42,272 nucleotides of DNA, from sequence record SRR22947725_833, one strand, 5' to 3'. The notes beneath the pieces were generated by a model that ran no database searches, was not told where the DNA came from, and worked only from the letters and a program-made list of their open reading frames with translations. Made by a program: the position numbers and the translations under genes. Of the stretch, positions 8,752 to 18,541 are shown one piece after another; the stretch's first letter is position 1, and every line of letters begins with the position of its first letter.

Positions 8752-10059
8752 TCATCTTTCATCATTTACTTGGTATTTCATTTTATGAATAGAGATGATT
8801 TCATGTTTCGTTAGCGTATCTATTATAGGATATAATTTCCAAATTGGGACAGCACACAAATCTGCTATTTCTAATAAGGACGTTTGTCCATCTGAATAAG
8901 AAATTACATCCATCAATAGTTTTTGGTTTTCAGTGTGTTTATTCTTTCCTAATGTAGAATAAAGCCCTCTACGACTCATTTGAGGTTCTCCGTAGGTCCG
9001 AACCAGAGGAAAATTATTTTTTTCTATGGCTTCAACGGCTCTAAGGATAGAGACGTATCCACCGTATAGCCCAGAAGGAGTAACCACATTATTTAAATCA
9101 TCCAACGAAGTATGATATTCTGGGTATTCCCCATATTTTGTTCGCATTATTGAGGCTACTGGGAGATCAATTAAGGGCGCACAATATTGTCGTTCATCGC
9201 TACCCCGATCATTCCACCCGAACGTACGGAAGTCTTCATCTATGAATTTTAGTACGTGTTTGGAAATATTATCACTAATCGTATTTCCCTTCCTTGAAGG
9301 TAAATACGAATACGCGCGATCGTCTCCAACGCATGTAATATTAAACCCTGCGTAAACCTTCTCCTTCATATCTTTTAAATTCTTACTCAGATACACGATT
9401 GATCCAATTGTTTCTGGAACAAATACTATCCTGTAAGTATACTCACGATCTTTCATTTCTGAAAAATATTTAGCTAAAAACGTAAGTACTGAAATACCTG
9501 AGATTTCATTATTACCCATTGATGGATGACAAATGTAAGTAGAAAGGAATATTTCCTTACTGCTTCGTCCTTTTAAAATTAATTCACCATAGTTCAAAAT
9601 TCCATCAAAATGTTCAGCGTCTATAAAAACTTCATACTCGCCATCTTCAAGACAGCTACGTTGATCATCCCTTATACAAAAGCCCCACCTCTCTTCATAA
9701 TAAGAAGTAACATATGGAATCGCGTCTGGCTGTTCAGGTAAAGAATACAAATTTTTCTGGAGTTCTTCCAAAGAAAAAAAGCCATGAACTGGCAAACTAT
9801 ATCCTAAAATATGAAGATTATTTTTTTTAAAATCACATATTTTTTTTCCATCAGGCGTCTTAATCCACGCATCTTTCACTAACCATTCTCTCGGCACAAC
9901 CCAGTCAAATGCTTTTGTACCAGTTTTTACTTCATTAACTCTAAGTTCTGGTATATGTTTTCTGATAAGTTCTAAGGTTTGCCTAACACCCTCACCCGTA
10001 ATACTTCTATTTAAGGGCCAGAGCTCTTTCGCAAACTCATGTATACTTTCACCTATCAA
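8752..10059 (-). CDS. DUF4910/DUF2172 aminopeptidase-like protein with C-terminal winged helix (Cj1295-like)
   Basis: LWPLNRSITGEGVRQTL, FDWVVPREW, PDAIPYVTSYY, STYICHPSMGNNEISG, PETIGSI, GSDERQYC, YPEYHTSLD and EPQMSRRGLY. TTG start with GAGG RBS. Confidence 0.92.
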   Translation of the reverse strand: MIGESIHEFAKELWPLNRSITGEGVRQTLELIRKHIPELRVNEVKTGTKAFDWVVPREWLVKDAWIKTPDGKKICDFKKNNLHILGYSLPVHGFFSLEELQKNLYSLPEQPDAIPYVTSYYEERWGFCIRDDQRSCLEDGEYEVFIDAEHFDGILNYGELILKGRSSKEIFLSTYICHPSMGNNEISGISVLTFLAKYFSEMKDREYTYRIVFVPETIGSIVYLSKNLKDMKEKVYAGFNITCVGDDRAYSYLPSRKGNTISDNISKHVLKFIDEDFRTFGWNDRGSDERQYCAPLIDLPVASIMRTKYGEYPEYHTSLDDLNNVVTPSGLYGGYVSILRAVEAIEKNNFPLVRTYGEPQMSRRGLYSTLGKNKHTENQKLLMDVISYSDGQTSLLEIADLCAVPIWKLYPIIDTLTKHEIISIHKMKYQVNDER

Positions 10060-10096
10060 ATTGTCCTCATTTATTTTTTACCTATTAATCAAATAG

Positions 10097-10882
10097 TTAG
10101 TCTATAGAGTACCTATTCCCCTGAGTCAGAATAAAAGGGAATACTTTAATAGTTTTTTTTAGAAATCTAGAGACATCACCACAACTATGTGAACAAATTT
10201 GCCCTCGACCTAAATTTATTTTCTTTGTTATACCTTCCCGTAAGCACATCGTATGAAAAGACTGAAAACTTGGTGTTGCACTCATATCATCTAAATGTCG
10301 TCCAGTGTATACCATTTTTTTTTCAATATTTTCTTCATTAATTAATATTGTTCCCGACAATTCAAAATCAGTTCGGTAGGTGACGCCTATTTCTCTCTCC
10401 ACCCAATGTAAAAAGGTTGAACCACTATCAAAGTTCAAATTACAAATAAGGGCATCTTCCTCAAATAATCGCTCCCAAATACTATTTGGGCCATAGCATA
10501 TATTTCCTACATTCTTAACGATCCGGTATGCTTTTTCTCCAAAACCTACAACTGACAACATTGGGTCTAATGATCTGATACCAACTCCACGCTCTATCAG
10601 TCGGTTAGCAATAGTAGACATTCCTTTAGCTGGTAAACTGGGGTCAAAAACTTTTTCAAACTTTTCAGAGCCAAATGAATATGTGAATGCTGGAACTATT
10701 AATGCACCGGTTGGACCCAGCACATCCATAAATGCCGATAAGAAAATATCAGCCAGCTCATTTGAGTTTGAACAGTTTTTTACCTGCCCAAAAAAAGCTA
10801 AATTAGAGTGACAAAATACGACTCCACCTTCCACAACTCCAGCATCTTTTAAGGCAACGCCAATATCAGTACTACTAATCAT
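10097..10882 (-). CDS. AAC(3)-family (Antibiotic_NAT) N-acyltransferase
   Basis: VFCHSNL, GALIVPAFTYSF, RSLDPMLS, TFLHWVE and YR motifs. Confidence 0.88.
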   Translation of the reverse strand: MISSTDIGVALKDAGVVEGGVVFCHSNLAFFGQVKNCSNSNELADIFLSAFMDVLGPTGALIVPAFTYSFGSEKFEKVFDPSLPAKGMSTIANRLIERGVGIRSLDPMLSVVGFGEKAYRIVKNVGNICYGPNSIWERLFEEDALICNLNFDSGSTFLHWVEREIGVTYRTDFELSGTILINEENIEKKMVYTGRHLDDMSATPSFQSFHTMCLREGITKKINLGRGQICSHSCGDVSRFLKKTIKVFPFILTQGNRYSID

Positions 10883-11136
10883 TAATCAGTTGTCCGTTCA
10901 GTTATTATCTCTATAATACCAAAAACTGATTGCAAGCGCCTGTCTTGAAAAGATTCAGCATCAAACGCAAACCCAAAACTCTCTTCAGCATCAAGTAATA
11001 AGTTCATTAAACTCATAGAATCTAACCTTTGTGAATCGAATAGATTAGTCAGTAGTTTTTCATCTTCACTTTTTTTTGAAAACTCAAAATCAATCTTACT
11101 AATATATTCAAAAATCCAATTTTTTACTTCTGACAT
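10882..11136 (-). CDS. Acyl carrier protein
   Basis: 84 aa acidic protein with the LDSMSLMNL phosphopantetheine site and EESFG. Confidence 0.85.
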   Translation of the reverse strand: MSEVKNWIFEYISKIDFEFSKKSEDEKLLTNLFDSQRLDSMSLMNLLLDAEESFGFAFDAESFQDRRLQSVFGIIEIITERTTD

Positions 11137-11150
11137 AGCAAAACCGTTGA

Positions 11151-11813
11151 TTAATTAATTATAGCAACTGCACGGACTGGAGAACCATCAGCATCTTGAA
11201 TTTTAATCGGGAACGCACTCAACGTAAACTCTGTATCAGGAACCTCGGAAAGGTTGCATAAATACTCCAAAATAGCTACATCGTTTTCAAGAAATATAGT
11301 ATGATTAGGTGAGTCTTTTTCACTATTTCTGCCGTTTGAAGGATTATCTGGCATTGGACTATCAAAACCTACAAGTACAACTCCACATGAAACTAGGTAT
11401 TTACACGCTTCCTCACTTAAAAAAGGATGGTCTGAATAATAACCGAGACTAGGGAGCCGCCTCTCCCAATCAAATCGAAATAATATTCTCTTTGGATAAT
11501 TACATGGTAGTTTTTTTTGTAACATTTCAAGAGTAATCTCTGTTTTGTCTGGTAGCTCAGTAAAGTCTAGCACAAGCGCATTTCCATAATAGATATTAAT
11601 ATCTGTATACTCAATCGTTTTCCCATTTTTTAAAAAGTGTCTAGGCGCATCAACATGGGTTCCTGTATGTGTACCTAAAGTTATCTTCCGAGTCTCTCTG
11701 CCTTCGACCTCGAACCTGCCAAGTTGAGTTATCGAAACAAAAGGATGCCAAGGCACAGGAAATGTCATCATCCCTTCACATATTTTCATACTTAGATCAA
11801 TTATTTTTGTCAT
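11151..11813 (-). CDS. Cyclase family (kynurenine formamidase-like) metal-dependent hydrolase
   Basis: IDLS, HTGTHVDAPRHF, GFD, LEYLCNL and DGSPVRAVA. Alternative TTG start at 11819. Confidence 0.9.
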   Translation of the reverse strand: MTKIIDLSMKICEGMMTFPVPWHPFVSITQLGRFEVEGRETRKITLGTHTGTHVDAPRHFLKNGKTIEYTDINIYYGNALVLDFTELPDKTEITLEMLQKKLPCNYPKRILFRFDWERRLPSLGYYSDHPFLSEEACKYLVSCGVVLVGFDSPMPDNPSNGRNSEKDSPNHTIFLENDVAILEYLCNLSEVPDTEFTLSAFPIKIQDADGSPVRAVAIIN

Positions 11814-12606
11814 TTTCAATCAACTCAAAAAAAGGGAGGGCTTCGCCTGAAAATAGAGCAATTATTAATCTTTGTCCATTAACATTTAAAATGAAACGAT
11901 CAATTTGATTTAAACCTGGGTAACGTCCATCATATTCAACTGGTAAATTTCTAGCCATAAACGCTAGAGCCGTGCATCCAGCATTGTCTATTTTACTATT
12001 AGGTCCCCAGTCCTTATGATATACCTTAGGCGCTAATATAATATGAGCTGACAAGGCTGGAATCGGTGTCAATAAAGACCAAATCTCGGTATTAGATTTT
12101 TCAAACCTTAAGCTAGACAATAAACCAGTTATATCTTTACCACTATCAACCAATATAATTGCTATGAAAAGGCCAGCACTTTCTTCTAATTTCAAAGGTG
12201 ACCAAAGTATGTGCATCTCTAACAATGAATCATAAAATATGAATATTTTTCTTTTTAAAGATCTTTCTATTTTTTTAATGGTCATTGCTGAAATTGGTAA
12301 ATCTTCAACTGTTTTTTGCTCCCACCCATTCAACAATTTATCACTTCTAAATATAGGAAGTATATTTGAATTTTCAGGGTTAAGCTGACTCCCGTGAAAA
12401 AGTAATTCAATCGACATACCAGAATCATTTTTAAGAAAGGTAATATCGTGGTTACTTACATAGTGATTTAAAAAAGGTTTCTTTGATAGATGGTTGCTCA
12501 ATTGTCTTTCTTCAAATTGAGTTTTATATCCAAATTCTTTTAATCTTTTTTTACTCACTGTCAGGTTAGTACTATTAATAGCTATATGACTGAGACCTAA
12601 GATCAC
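11797..12606 (-). CDS. VOC/glyoxalase-like protein
   Basis: N-terminal GLSHIAI, internal SIELL and C-terminal FELIE fit vicinal-oxygen-chelate metal ligands. Otherwise divergent. Confidence 0.55.
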   Translation of the reverse strand: MILGLSHIAINSTNLTVSKKRLKEFGYKTQFEERQLSNHLSKKPFLNHYVSNHDITFLKNDSGMSIELLFHGSQLNPENSNILPIFRSDKLLNGWEQKTVEDLPISAMTIKKIERSLKRKIFIFYDSLLEMHILWSPLKLEESAGLFIAIILVDSGKDITGLLSSLRFEKSNTEIWSLLTPIPALSAHIILAPKVYHKDWGPNSKIDNAGCTALAFMARNLPVEYDGRYPGLNQIDRFILNVNGQRLIIALFSGEALPFFELIENDKNN

Positions 12607-12607
12607 T

Positions 12608-14059
12608 TTATAGTCTATCTTTTGCTATATTTAGTTTTAGCTTTTTTCTTTTAATTTTACCTGTAGTAGTAACTGGTATCATTTCTACAAAGGCAACATG
12701 ATCAATAGAAATTCGACCTTTTTTATTTAAAATTTTATTACAATAAGCCTTAAATAAGTCAGCATTACGGTTGTCTATTTCACCTTGAACAACTAAAACT
12801 AAACTCTCACCCAATATTTCATCTAAAAAACTTGATATACAAAAGTTTGTTTGTCCTGGTAAATTTTTTATTTCTTTCTCTATACTAATAGGGTTTATAT
12901 TTACACCACCCCGAACAATTAATTCATCTGAGCGCCCATTTATTTTCAATCTCCCTTGCGAATTAATAAAAACCAAATCGCTAGTTTGGAAGGAACTCCT
13001 AAGCTCATAAAACTCTCCATCCTCTATCCAACCCAAACATCTATAAGGACTGTCTATCAATGCTAAGCCAGAGTCATCTATCGTAACTTCTATGCCTGGA
13101 AGCAACGTGCCAGTATAATCAAAGCAAAATTCTTCTAATTTATCTACAGATACATACAGTAACTCCGACAAACCGTATGATTGTAAAGGCGGCAGTCCAT
13201 ATTCTTTTAGAAATAAATGGGCTTTATCAGGTGCTAACGAACCGGTTCCTACAAATATATTTTTTAATAAAGGAGGTAACCTTTTATCAGTTCTGTCGAG
13301 CTTCATTATCATTATTAACATAGAGGGCGATAGCCAGAGGGAAGTAATATTATATTCATTCACTGTCTTCCAGAAATTTAGTGCCATCTTAGTGTCAAAA
13401 GCCTTATCAATTACAACAGAGGCGGTGGCAGTTAGTGGAGCAAATATTCCATTAAATATTCCGGCCATATAGTGCATGGGCATTACATTGAGAAAAGTAT
13501 CCGCACCTGAAATTCCTGTCATTTCATTAAAAGAATATGCACATTTCAAATAACTTTCAGCGGAGTGAATGATACCTTTTGGTTTACCAGTAGTTCCACT
13601 AGTAAATGTAACAGTAAGTGGACTGTTCTCTGGCACTTCGATTGGCTTATTTACTGGCAGTTGCTCAATTTTTTTCCAGTCAAAATTAATTATTTCATGA
13701 ACGCTAGTCTCATTTAAGTTTTGTCTACTACAATCTATAATCTTGGCTTTAGGTGAAAATTTTATAATTTCGAAAATTTCTTGATCTTTGATTGTTGGTG
13801 GCAAAACATACGTACAAAAACCGCCGCGCATACAACTTAGTAAAATTACTGCTGACTCTAACGTATTATCACATATGCTAATAATTTTCTTATCTTCACC
13901 AAGATCTAAATTTAACAAAAATCCACAAAATTTGTCGATAAGGGTAATCAGACGAGCCCCTGACAAATATGTTATCTCCGGCTCATAGGTTCGATCAGTT
14001 ATGATATTTTTTTTACAGTCTAAAATATTATAAAAAAATTGATCAATCAGTTTTGACAT
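12608..14059 (-). CDS. AMP-dependent synthetase/ligase (acyl-CoA or acyl-ACP ligase)
   Basis: TFTSGTTGKPKG, SYGLSE, FQTSD, GRSDELIVRGGVNINP and TTTGKI. Confidence 0.92.
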   Translation of the reverse strand: MSKLIDQFFYNILDCKKNIITDRTYEPEITYLSGARLITLIDKFCGFLLNLDLGEDKKIISICDNTLESAVILLSCMRGGFCTYVLPPTIKDQEIFEIIKFSPKAKIIDCSRQNLNETSVHEIINFDWKKIEQLPVNKPIEVPENSPLTVTFTSGTTGKPKGIIHSAESYLKCAYSFNEMTGISGADTFLNVMPMHYMAGIFNGIFAPLTATASVVIDKAFDTKMALNFWKTVNEYNITSLWLSPSMLIMIMKLDRTDKRLPPLLKNIFVGTGSLAPDKAHLFLKEYGLPPLQSYGLSELLYVSVDKLEEFCFDYTGTLLPGIEVTIDDSGLALIDSPYRCLGWIEDGEFYELRSSFQTSDLVFINSQGRLKINGRSDELIVRGGVNINPISIEKEIKNLPGQTNFCISSFLDEILGESLVLVVQGEIDNRNADLFKAYCNKILNKKGRISIDHVAFVEMIPVTTTGKIKRKKLKLNIAKDRL

Positions 14060-14080
14060 TGGAAACCAACCAAAGAATCA

Positions 14081-15142
14081 TTATAACTCATTTTGTTCTT
14101 CTCCAAAATATTTCGCTAATGAGAATCGGTGATTAAATCCTTCTTCCTTTGTAATGGCTCGAATTTCTTTAGCTTTACGTTCGACCAAATCTGCTGGAGC
14201 AAAGTCAATATTTTCAGAACAAACTTCTACAATTAATCTCCTTGGGTCAATATCATATTTGAGTGAAAATTCTTGAATTACCTTCATATAACTGGAATGA
14301 AAGCCTGAATACCCACAAATTACATCAATGGTATCCGATCCGATCTGACTTAAAAGGGGTCTAATAAAAGTCTCAGAAATATCTAATAAGCGCATCAAAT
14401 CAATATCTAACAACTTTCCTTCGCGTTGCATAATACCAACAAATTGTTCTATTTGAGTGTTGCCAGCACTTCGTCCCATTCCTTGTAGTGAACAATCAAT
14501 AATTGCTGCACCACAGTCAGCAGCAACCATTGAGTTGGCGACGGCTAATCCCAAATTATTATGCGCGTGGAAACCAAAAGATAAATCCGACAATCTTTCA
14601 CAGTATGTTCTTGTCATTTTGGGTGTTAAGTTTCCAGCAGAGTCCACGATATATACATGGTCTGCACCAAAGCCAATCGCCTGTCGAGCAGCTTTCTCAA
14701 AAAGAATAGGAGATCTGGCATATGATTTCATAAAGTTTACACACGTAACTATTCCAGCGGTCTTTGCCTTCCGTATAAATGGTTCGGCCTTCATAACATC
14801 ATCAATACTAACTCCAATACGAATAAACCCCATATTATAATCAATACACATGTCCAAGTCACCTACAGAACTAATACCAGGTATCGCAAACATTCCCCAT
14901 AAAGATCTTGATAACGAACTAGAGGCGGCCTTCATGTACTCTTCGTCACTTTCTCGAGCAAGCCCATAACCTGCTTCAGACGCATTTAAACCTACACCAT
15001 GACCAATCTCAATTAAATTTATGTTAGCCTGCTGAAGTTCGGAACAAATTTCAGACGTCTGTTTCGAATTAAAGTCAAAATTGTTTACGTAGGATCCATC
15101 TCGAAGAGTAGTATCTAGTATCTTCATTTTTTCATTCGTCAT
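14081..15142 (-). CDS. 4-hydroxy-2-oxovalerate aldolase-like (DmpG/HMGL-like DRE-TIM) enzyme
   Basis: LDTTLRDGSY, EIGHGVGL, VDSAG, GFHAHNNLGLAVANS, GMGRSAGN and a C-terminal GYSGFHSSY communication-domain-like segment. Start set to the ATG at 15142. Confidence 0.88.
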   Translation of the reverse strand: MTNEKMKILDTTLRDGSYVNNFDFNSKQTSEICSELQQANINLIEIGHGVGLNASEAGYGLARESDEEYMKAASSSLSRSLWGMFAIPGISSVGDLDMCIDYNMGFIRIGVSIDDVMKAEPFIRKAKTAGIVTCVNFMKSYARSPILFEKAARQAIGFGADHVYIVDSAGNLTPKMTRTYCERLSDLSFGFHAHNNLGLAVANSMVAADCGAAIIDCSLQGMGRSAGNTQIEQFVGIMQREGKLLDIDLMRLLDISETFIRPLLSQIGSDTIDVICGYSGFHSSYMKVIQEFSLKYDIDPRRLIVEVCSENIDFAPADLVERKAKEIRAITKEEGFNHRFSLAKYFGEEQNEL

Positions 15143-15207
15143 TATTGTTACCCTAATTGTCCAGCCTAGGCCAACCCCGGACTTAAAACAGGTTATAATC
15201 AAAAAGC

Positions 15208-16251
15208 CTAGTTTATTTTTATTGGCTCTCCAAAATCAAAATTTCTATCAGAACATTTACCAAGCAGTGTAGCATAATATCTTGGATGTGCACCAAAACC
15301 AGGTCGTACGACTTTTATATTTCTTTTTGTAAAAATATCACCCTTTTTTATTTTTTCTGACGCATAAATAGATCGCCTAAACTGAATATTCAGTTTTTCC
15401 TTTTCTGATAGATCAAAGCTAATATTTCCTAAAGACTTCCACGCATTTTGGCACTCTGTTACCAAAGACTTCATCTCCACTGGGTCTGCTGAAAAAGACG
15501 CATCCACACCTCCCAAACTTTTATCTGAAGTAAAATGCTTTTCAATAATAGTAGCACCAAGTGCTACACTAGCTACGGACACACCAATTCCCATTGAATG
15601 ATCTGAAAGCCCAATTTCACAACAAAACTTTTGTCTCATGTAAGGAATTGACAATAAATTACTATCCCCTACATCTGCTGGGTAATCAGAAGTACATTTT
15701 AACAATGCCAGCTCAGTACATCCAGCAGCCCTCGCCGTGTCAACAGCTTCATCAATTTCATCCTCAGAGGCCGTTCCAGACGATATAATTAAAGGCTTTC
15801 CGGTAGAAGCTACCTTCCTGATTAAAGGAATGTGATTATTTTCAAATGATGCGATCTTATAGGCAGGTGTATTTAAATCCTCCATAAATTCAACAGAGGT
15901 TTCATCAAAAACTGAGCTAAAACAGGTCAAACCATATTTAGAGCATTCCAACATAATATCTTTCACCCAATCCCAGTCTGTATACGCATCCCGGTAGAGG
16001 TCATATAAATACCTATTGGACCATAAGCTGTCAGGGTTTATAATTTTAAAGTCGTCTTTTTTACTATTTAAAGTAATAGTATCTGGAGTGTACGTCTGAA
16101 GTTTCAACGCATCTACTCCGCAAGCCGCTGCTGATTTTATTATGGAAAGTGCGTGATCAAAGGACTGATTATGATTGCCAGACATTTCAGCAATTATAAA
16201 AGGTTTTTTACTTTGATTAATAGCTCTTTGACTTATAAAGAATGGTTCCAT
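15208..16251 (-). CDS. pseI: Pseudaminic acid synthase
   Basis: FIIAEMSGNHNQS, KLQTYTPDTITL, YKIASFE, LKCTSDYPA, GLSDH, IEKHF, GGVDASFS and a SAF domain (RRSIY, RPGFG). Located with pseB/pseC. Confidence 0.93.
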   Translation of the reverse strand: MEPFFISQRAINQSKKPFIIAEMSGNHNQSFDHALSIIKSAAACGVDALKLQTYTPDTITLNSKKDDFKIINPDSLWSNRYLYDLYRDAYTDWDWVKDIMLECSKYGLTCFSSVFDETSVEFMEDLNTPAYKIASFENNHIPLIRKVASTGKPLIISSGTASEDEIDEAVDTARAAGCTELALLKCTSDYPADVGDSNLLSIPYMRQKFCCEIGLSDHSMGIGVSVASVALGATIIEKHFTSDKSLGGVDASFSADPVEMKSLVTECQNAWKSLGNISFDLSEKEKLNIQFRRSIYASEKIKKGDIFTKRNIKVVRPGFGAHPRYYATLLGKCSDRNFDFGEPIKIN

Positions 16252-16275
16252 GGCAGTATCCCTATGATCTGACCG

Positions 16276-16905
16276 TTAATTAATGCTTTTAGTGAGTTTT
16301 TTAAGTAATGTGGCAATAGTTCCATCATCTGTGTTTACTTTTTTAAAAATTTCTTCTGCTTCCTTAGGCGCAACTCGGAAAGCTAACCTCATTAGATTCA
16401 TCCAATTAACATTATTTTTTGAACGTATTCTCTCTATTTCATTGATAATTAATACTTTATTTAAATATAATAAACTTTCCCTACCACTCTCGTACAATGA
16501 AAACCCACTTCGTTCAAAACATTTTTGGCTAGAAATATTTTCTGGCCTGATACTTGCCGATAAAACTAAAACTCTATTAAGTGAAAAGGCTTGAATAGCC
16601 GTATCTAATAGTATCGAAGAAACCTTTCTTCCTCTCCACCTAGTATTAACATTAATAGAAACACTCGCATAATCCTGATTTTTATCAATATCAAAACGAA
16701 CCATTCCAACCGAGGACCCATCATCATTGACCCCTATAAAAATTTCGGAATCCACATCTTCTAGCTTATTATGAAACCATCTCTTATGTTCATCTTTATT
16801 GATTTTTTTTGTTGAAAAAGAGTTATATTTAGCATCTTTTTCATTGCGCCATTCTAATAGTTTTGTTTCATCTTCTATAGTCATTTTTCGTACTTTTAAA
16901 TTCAT
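16276..16905 (-). CDS. PseH-like GNAT N-acetyltransferase with a fused ~55 aa C-terminal helical domain
   Basis: LLEWRN, EHKRWF, VGMVRFD, RWRGRK and NISSQKCFERSGF. C-terminal extension IINEIERIRSKNNVNWMNLMRLAF. Alternative GTG start at 16914. Confidence 0.8.
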   Translation of the reverse strand: MNLKVRKMTIEDETKLLEWRNEKDAKYNSFSTKKINKDEHKRWFHNKLEDVDSEIFIGVNDDGSSVGMVRFDIDKNQDYASVSINVNTRWRGRKVSSILLDTAIQAFSLNRVLVLSASIRPENISSQKCFERSGFSLYESGRESLLYLNKVLIINEIERIRSKNNVNWMNLMRLAFRVAPKEAEEIFKKVNTDDGTIATLLKKLTKSIN

Positions 16906-16954
16906 AATACTCACCTAAAACTTATTTTTACTTTTTGAAAAATAAATAATTCTA

Positions 16955-17644
16955 CTATTTTTTTCTTGCTACAAAAATATGCCACTTATATGAAAGACCA
17001 AACCAATCCATATTAATTTCAGCTACAGAAAAATCGGTAAACTTAGACGAAAAACAACTCTTAATTTCCTCTATTGAATTGAAACATCTCATTAACTCAC
17101 CATCACGGGCTCCAAAATAATCATTCACTATTACTCGGTATCCTGCCTTAGAAGCAGGCAAACTATCCTTAAAAATAAAACAATCTTCTTTGGGTATAGA
17201 GGCAATAATCCATCCATTTTTCTTGATCACACGCGCCATTTCAAGCACGTGATCTGAAAACGTTGTGTGGTTTAAAGACATATAGTAACAACTATTCCAG
17301 GTTAGTAAAAAATCAAATGTATCACTTTCATAGGGCAACTCACCGCAATGACCTGTAACGATATCAAAATCTAAACCAATATCATTTAAATTTTTTTTAA
17401 CGGTGGTACAGATATCATCTGAAATCTCTACACCATCGGCTTTCAAACCAATACTTTCGAAAAAACTTAAATGACGTCCATCCCCACATCCTACATCCAA
17501 AATTTTTGCACCTTCAAGCGGCTTATCCATTTTTAGTTTTGGAAAGCTACCCTTAAAAATACGGATAACACCTTCAGCTGGATATGAGATAGAAGAACTT
17601 TTTTTATAAATATTATGCCATACATTAGCTGCATTGAACTTCAT
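16955..17644 (-). CDS. Class I SAM-dependent methyltransferase
   Basis: ILDVGCGDGRH, GVEIS, LPYESDTFD and RVIKKNG. ATG at 17644 has a GGAGG RBS. Confidence 0.9.
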   Translation of the reverse strand: MKFNAANVWHNIYKKSSSISYPAEGVIRIFKGSFPKLKMDKPLEGAKILDVGCGDGRHLSFFESIGLKADGVEISDDICTTVKKNLNDIGLDFDIVTGHCGELPYESDTFDFLLTWNSCYYMSLNHTTFSDHVLEMARVIKKNGWIIASIPKEDCFIFKDSLPASKAGYRVIVNDYFGARDGELMRCFNSIEEIKSCFSSKFTDFSVAEINMDWFGLSYKWHIFVARKK

Positions 17645-17746
17645 ATTATCCTCCAATTCAAAAACACTTTATCGTATTAAACTCTTTATTGTAATATTAA
17701 TATGATCAATGCCCCGAGCAAGCATATGGGTTTCAATTCAATTAAT

Positions 17747-18508
17747 TTATTGATTTTTTATCAACGTATTAAAACGTTCTGTCTCATCTCGTGGTGGGGT
17801 AGAATTAAAATGTAATAACTTCTTATCTTTAATGCTTAATTGATTCACCTTATCAGTCATCATAAGCGGAAAGTTAAAGTAAGGCTTGATAAACCATGGA
17901 CCGTATAGATTAAAGACACCCCATCGCCTCGCCGATGTCGATACTCCGCCCTTATGCCAAATACCTGAATCAAATATTACGACATCTCCCACGCTACCCT
18001 CCATTAGAAAACTACTATAATCACCGTCCCTCAACGGTCTATCAGTTCTTAAATGTGAATTAGGTACATATGCAGTTGCACCATTTTGTTCAGAAAACGA
18101 ATCCAGCATCACAAGAACGCTAAAAAAGATACCTGGTTCCATTCTCTTACCACCAACATATCTACTATCAGTGTGCCAGTCTTGACCAACTGCTATACTA
18201 CTTTCATTATCTTCAGATGAAATCCTATTGATTGCATTACAAGCCACCAGAACATAATCTTCGTCAATAACTTTGGTTAAAATCGAATCAACTGGGTCAA
18301 TATTTACTAATCTCATTAATTCTGGCTCGTGGCGCATAAAGTTTGGGGTAAATGTAGAATCCTTACCCACTGTGTAGCTCAATTCTGAAGAATTTTTTTC
18401 TACAATATTTTCTAAATGGTGAATAAATATTTCACACTCTTTCAAACTAAATACATCTCGTATTATTGTATAACCATTTGATTTTAATTCATTTACATTA
18501 TCCATCAT
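17747..18508 (-). CDS. PhyH-family Fe(II)/2-oxoglutarate dioxygenase
   Basis: NGYTII, WHTD (HxD), NGATAYVPNSH, GDVVIFDSGIWHKGG and a distal Arg. Confidence 0.9.
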   Translation of the reverse strand: MMDNVNELKSNGYTIIRDVFSLKECEIFIHHLENIVEKNSSELSYTVGKDSTFTPNFMRHEPELMRLVNIDPVDSILTKVIDEDYVLVACNAINRISSEDNESSIAVGQDWHTDSRYVGGKRMEPGIFFSVLVMLDSFSEQNGATAYVPNSHLRTDRPLRDGDYSSFLMEGSVGDVVIFDSGIWHKGGVSTSARRWGVFNLYGPWFIKPYFNFPLMMTDKVNQLSIKDKKLLHFNSTPPRDETERFNTLIKNQ

Positions 18509-18541
18509 TTAACCTTTCATCCTAAAGTTACCAAAACTGTG

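Noticed and set aside
8568-8765. 65 aa minus-strand ORF as an independent gene
   Set aside because: No recognisable domain and low-complexity AT-rich sequence. Kept only as part of the finding on the PFTS gene start.
10097-10882. AAC(3) protein as an aminoglycoside resistance gene
   Set aside because: It is coupled to ACP and DUF4910 in a glycan operon, a context that points to biosynthetic acyl transfer.
10882-15142. NRPS/PKS secondary metabolite cluster or aromatic meta-cleavage operon
   Set aside because: No condensation, ketosynthase or thioesterase domains, no acetaldehyde dehydrogenase or hydratase, and it is embedded in the pse operon.
15143-15207. KSGVGLGWTI peptide downstream of pseI, resembling a relic SAF-domain C-terminus
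   Set aside because: Only a few matching residues, which cannot be told from chance.
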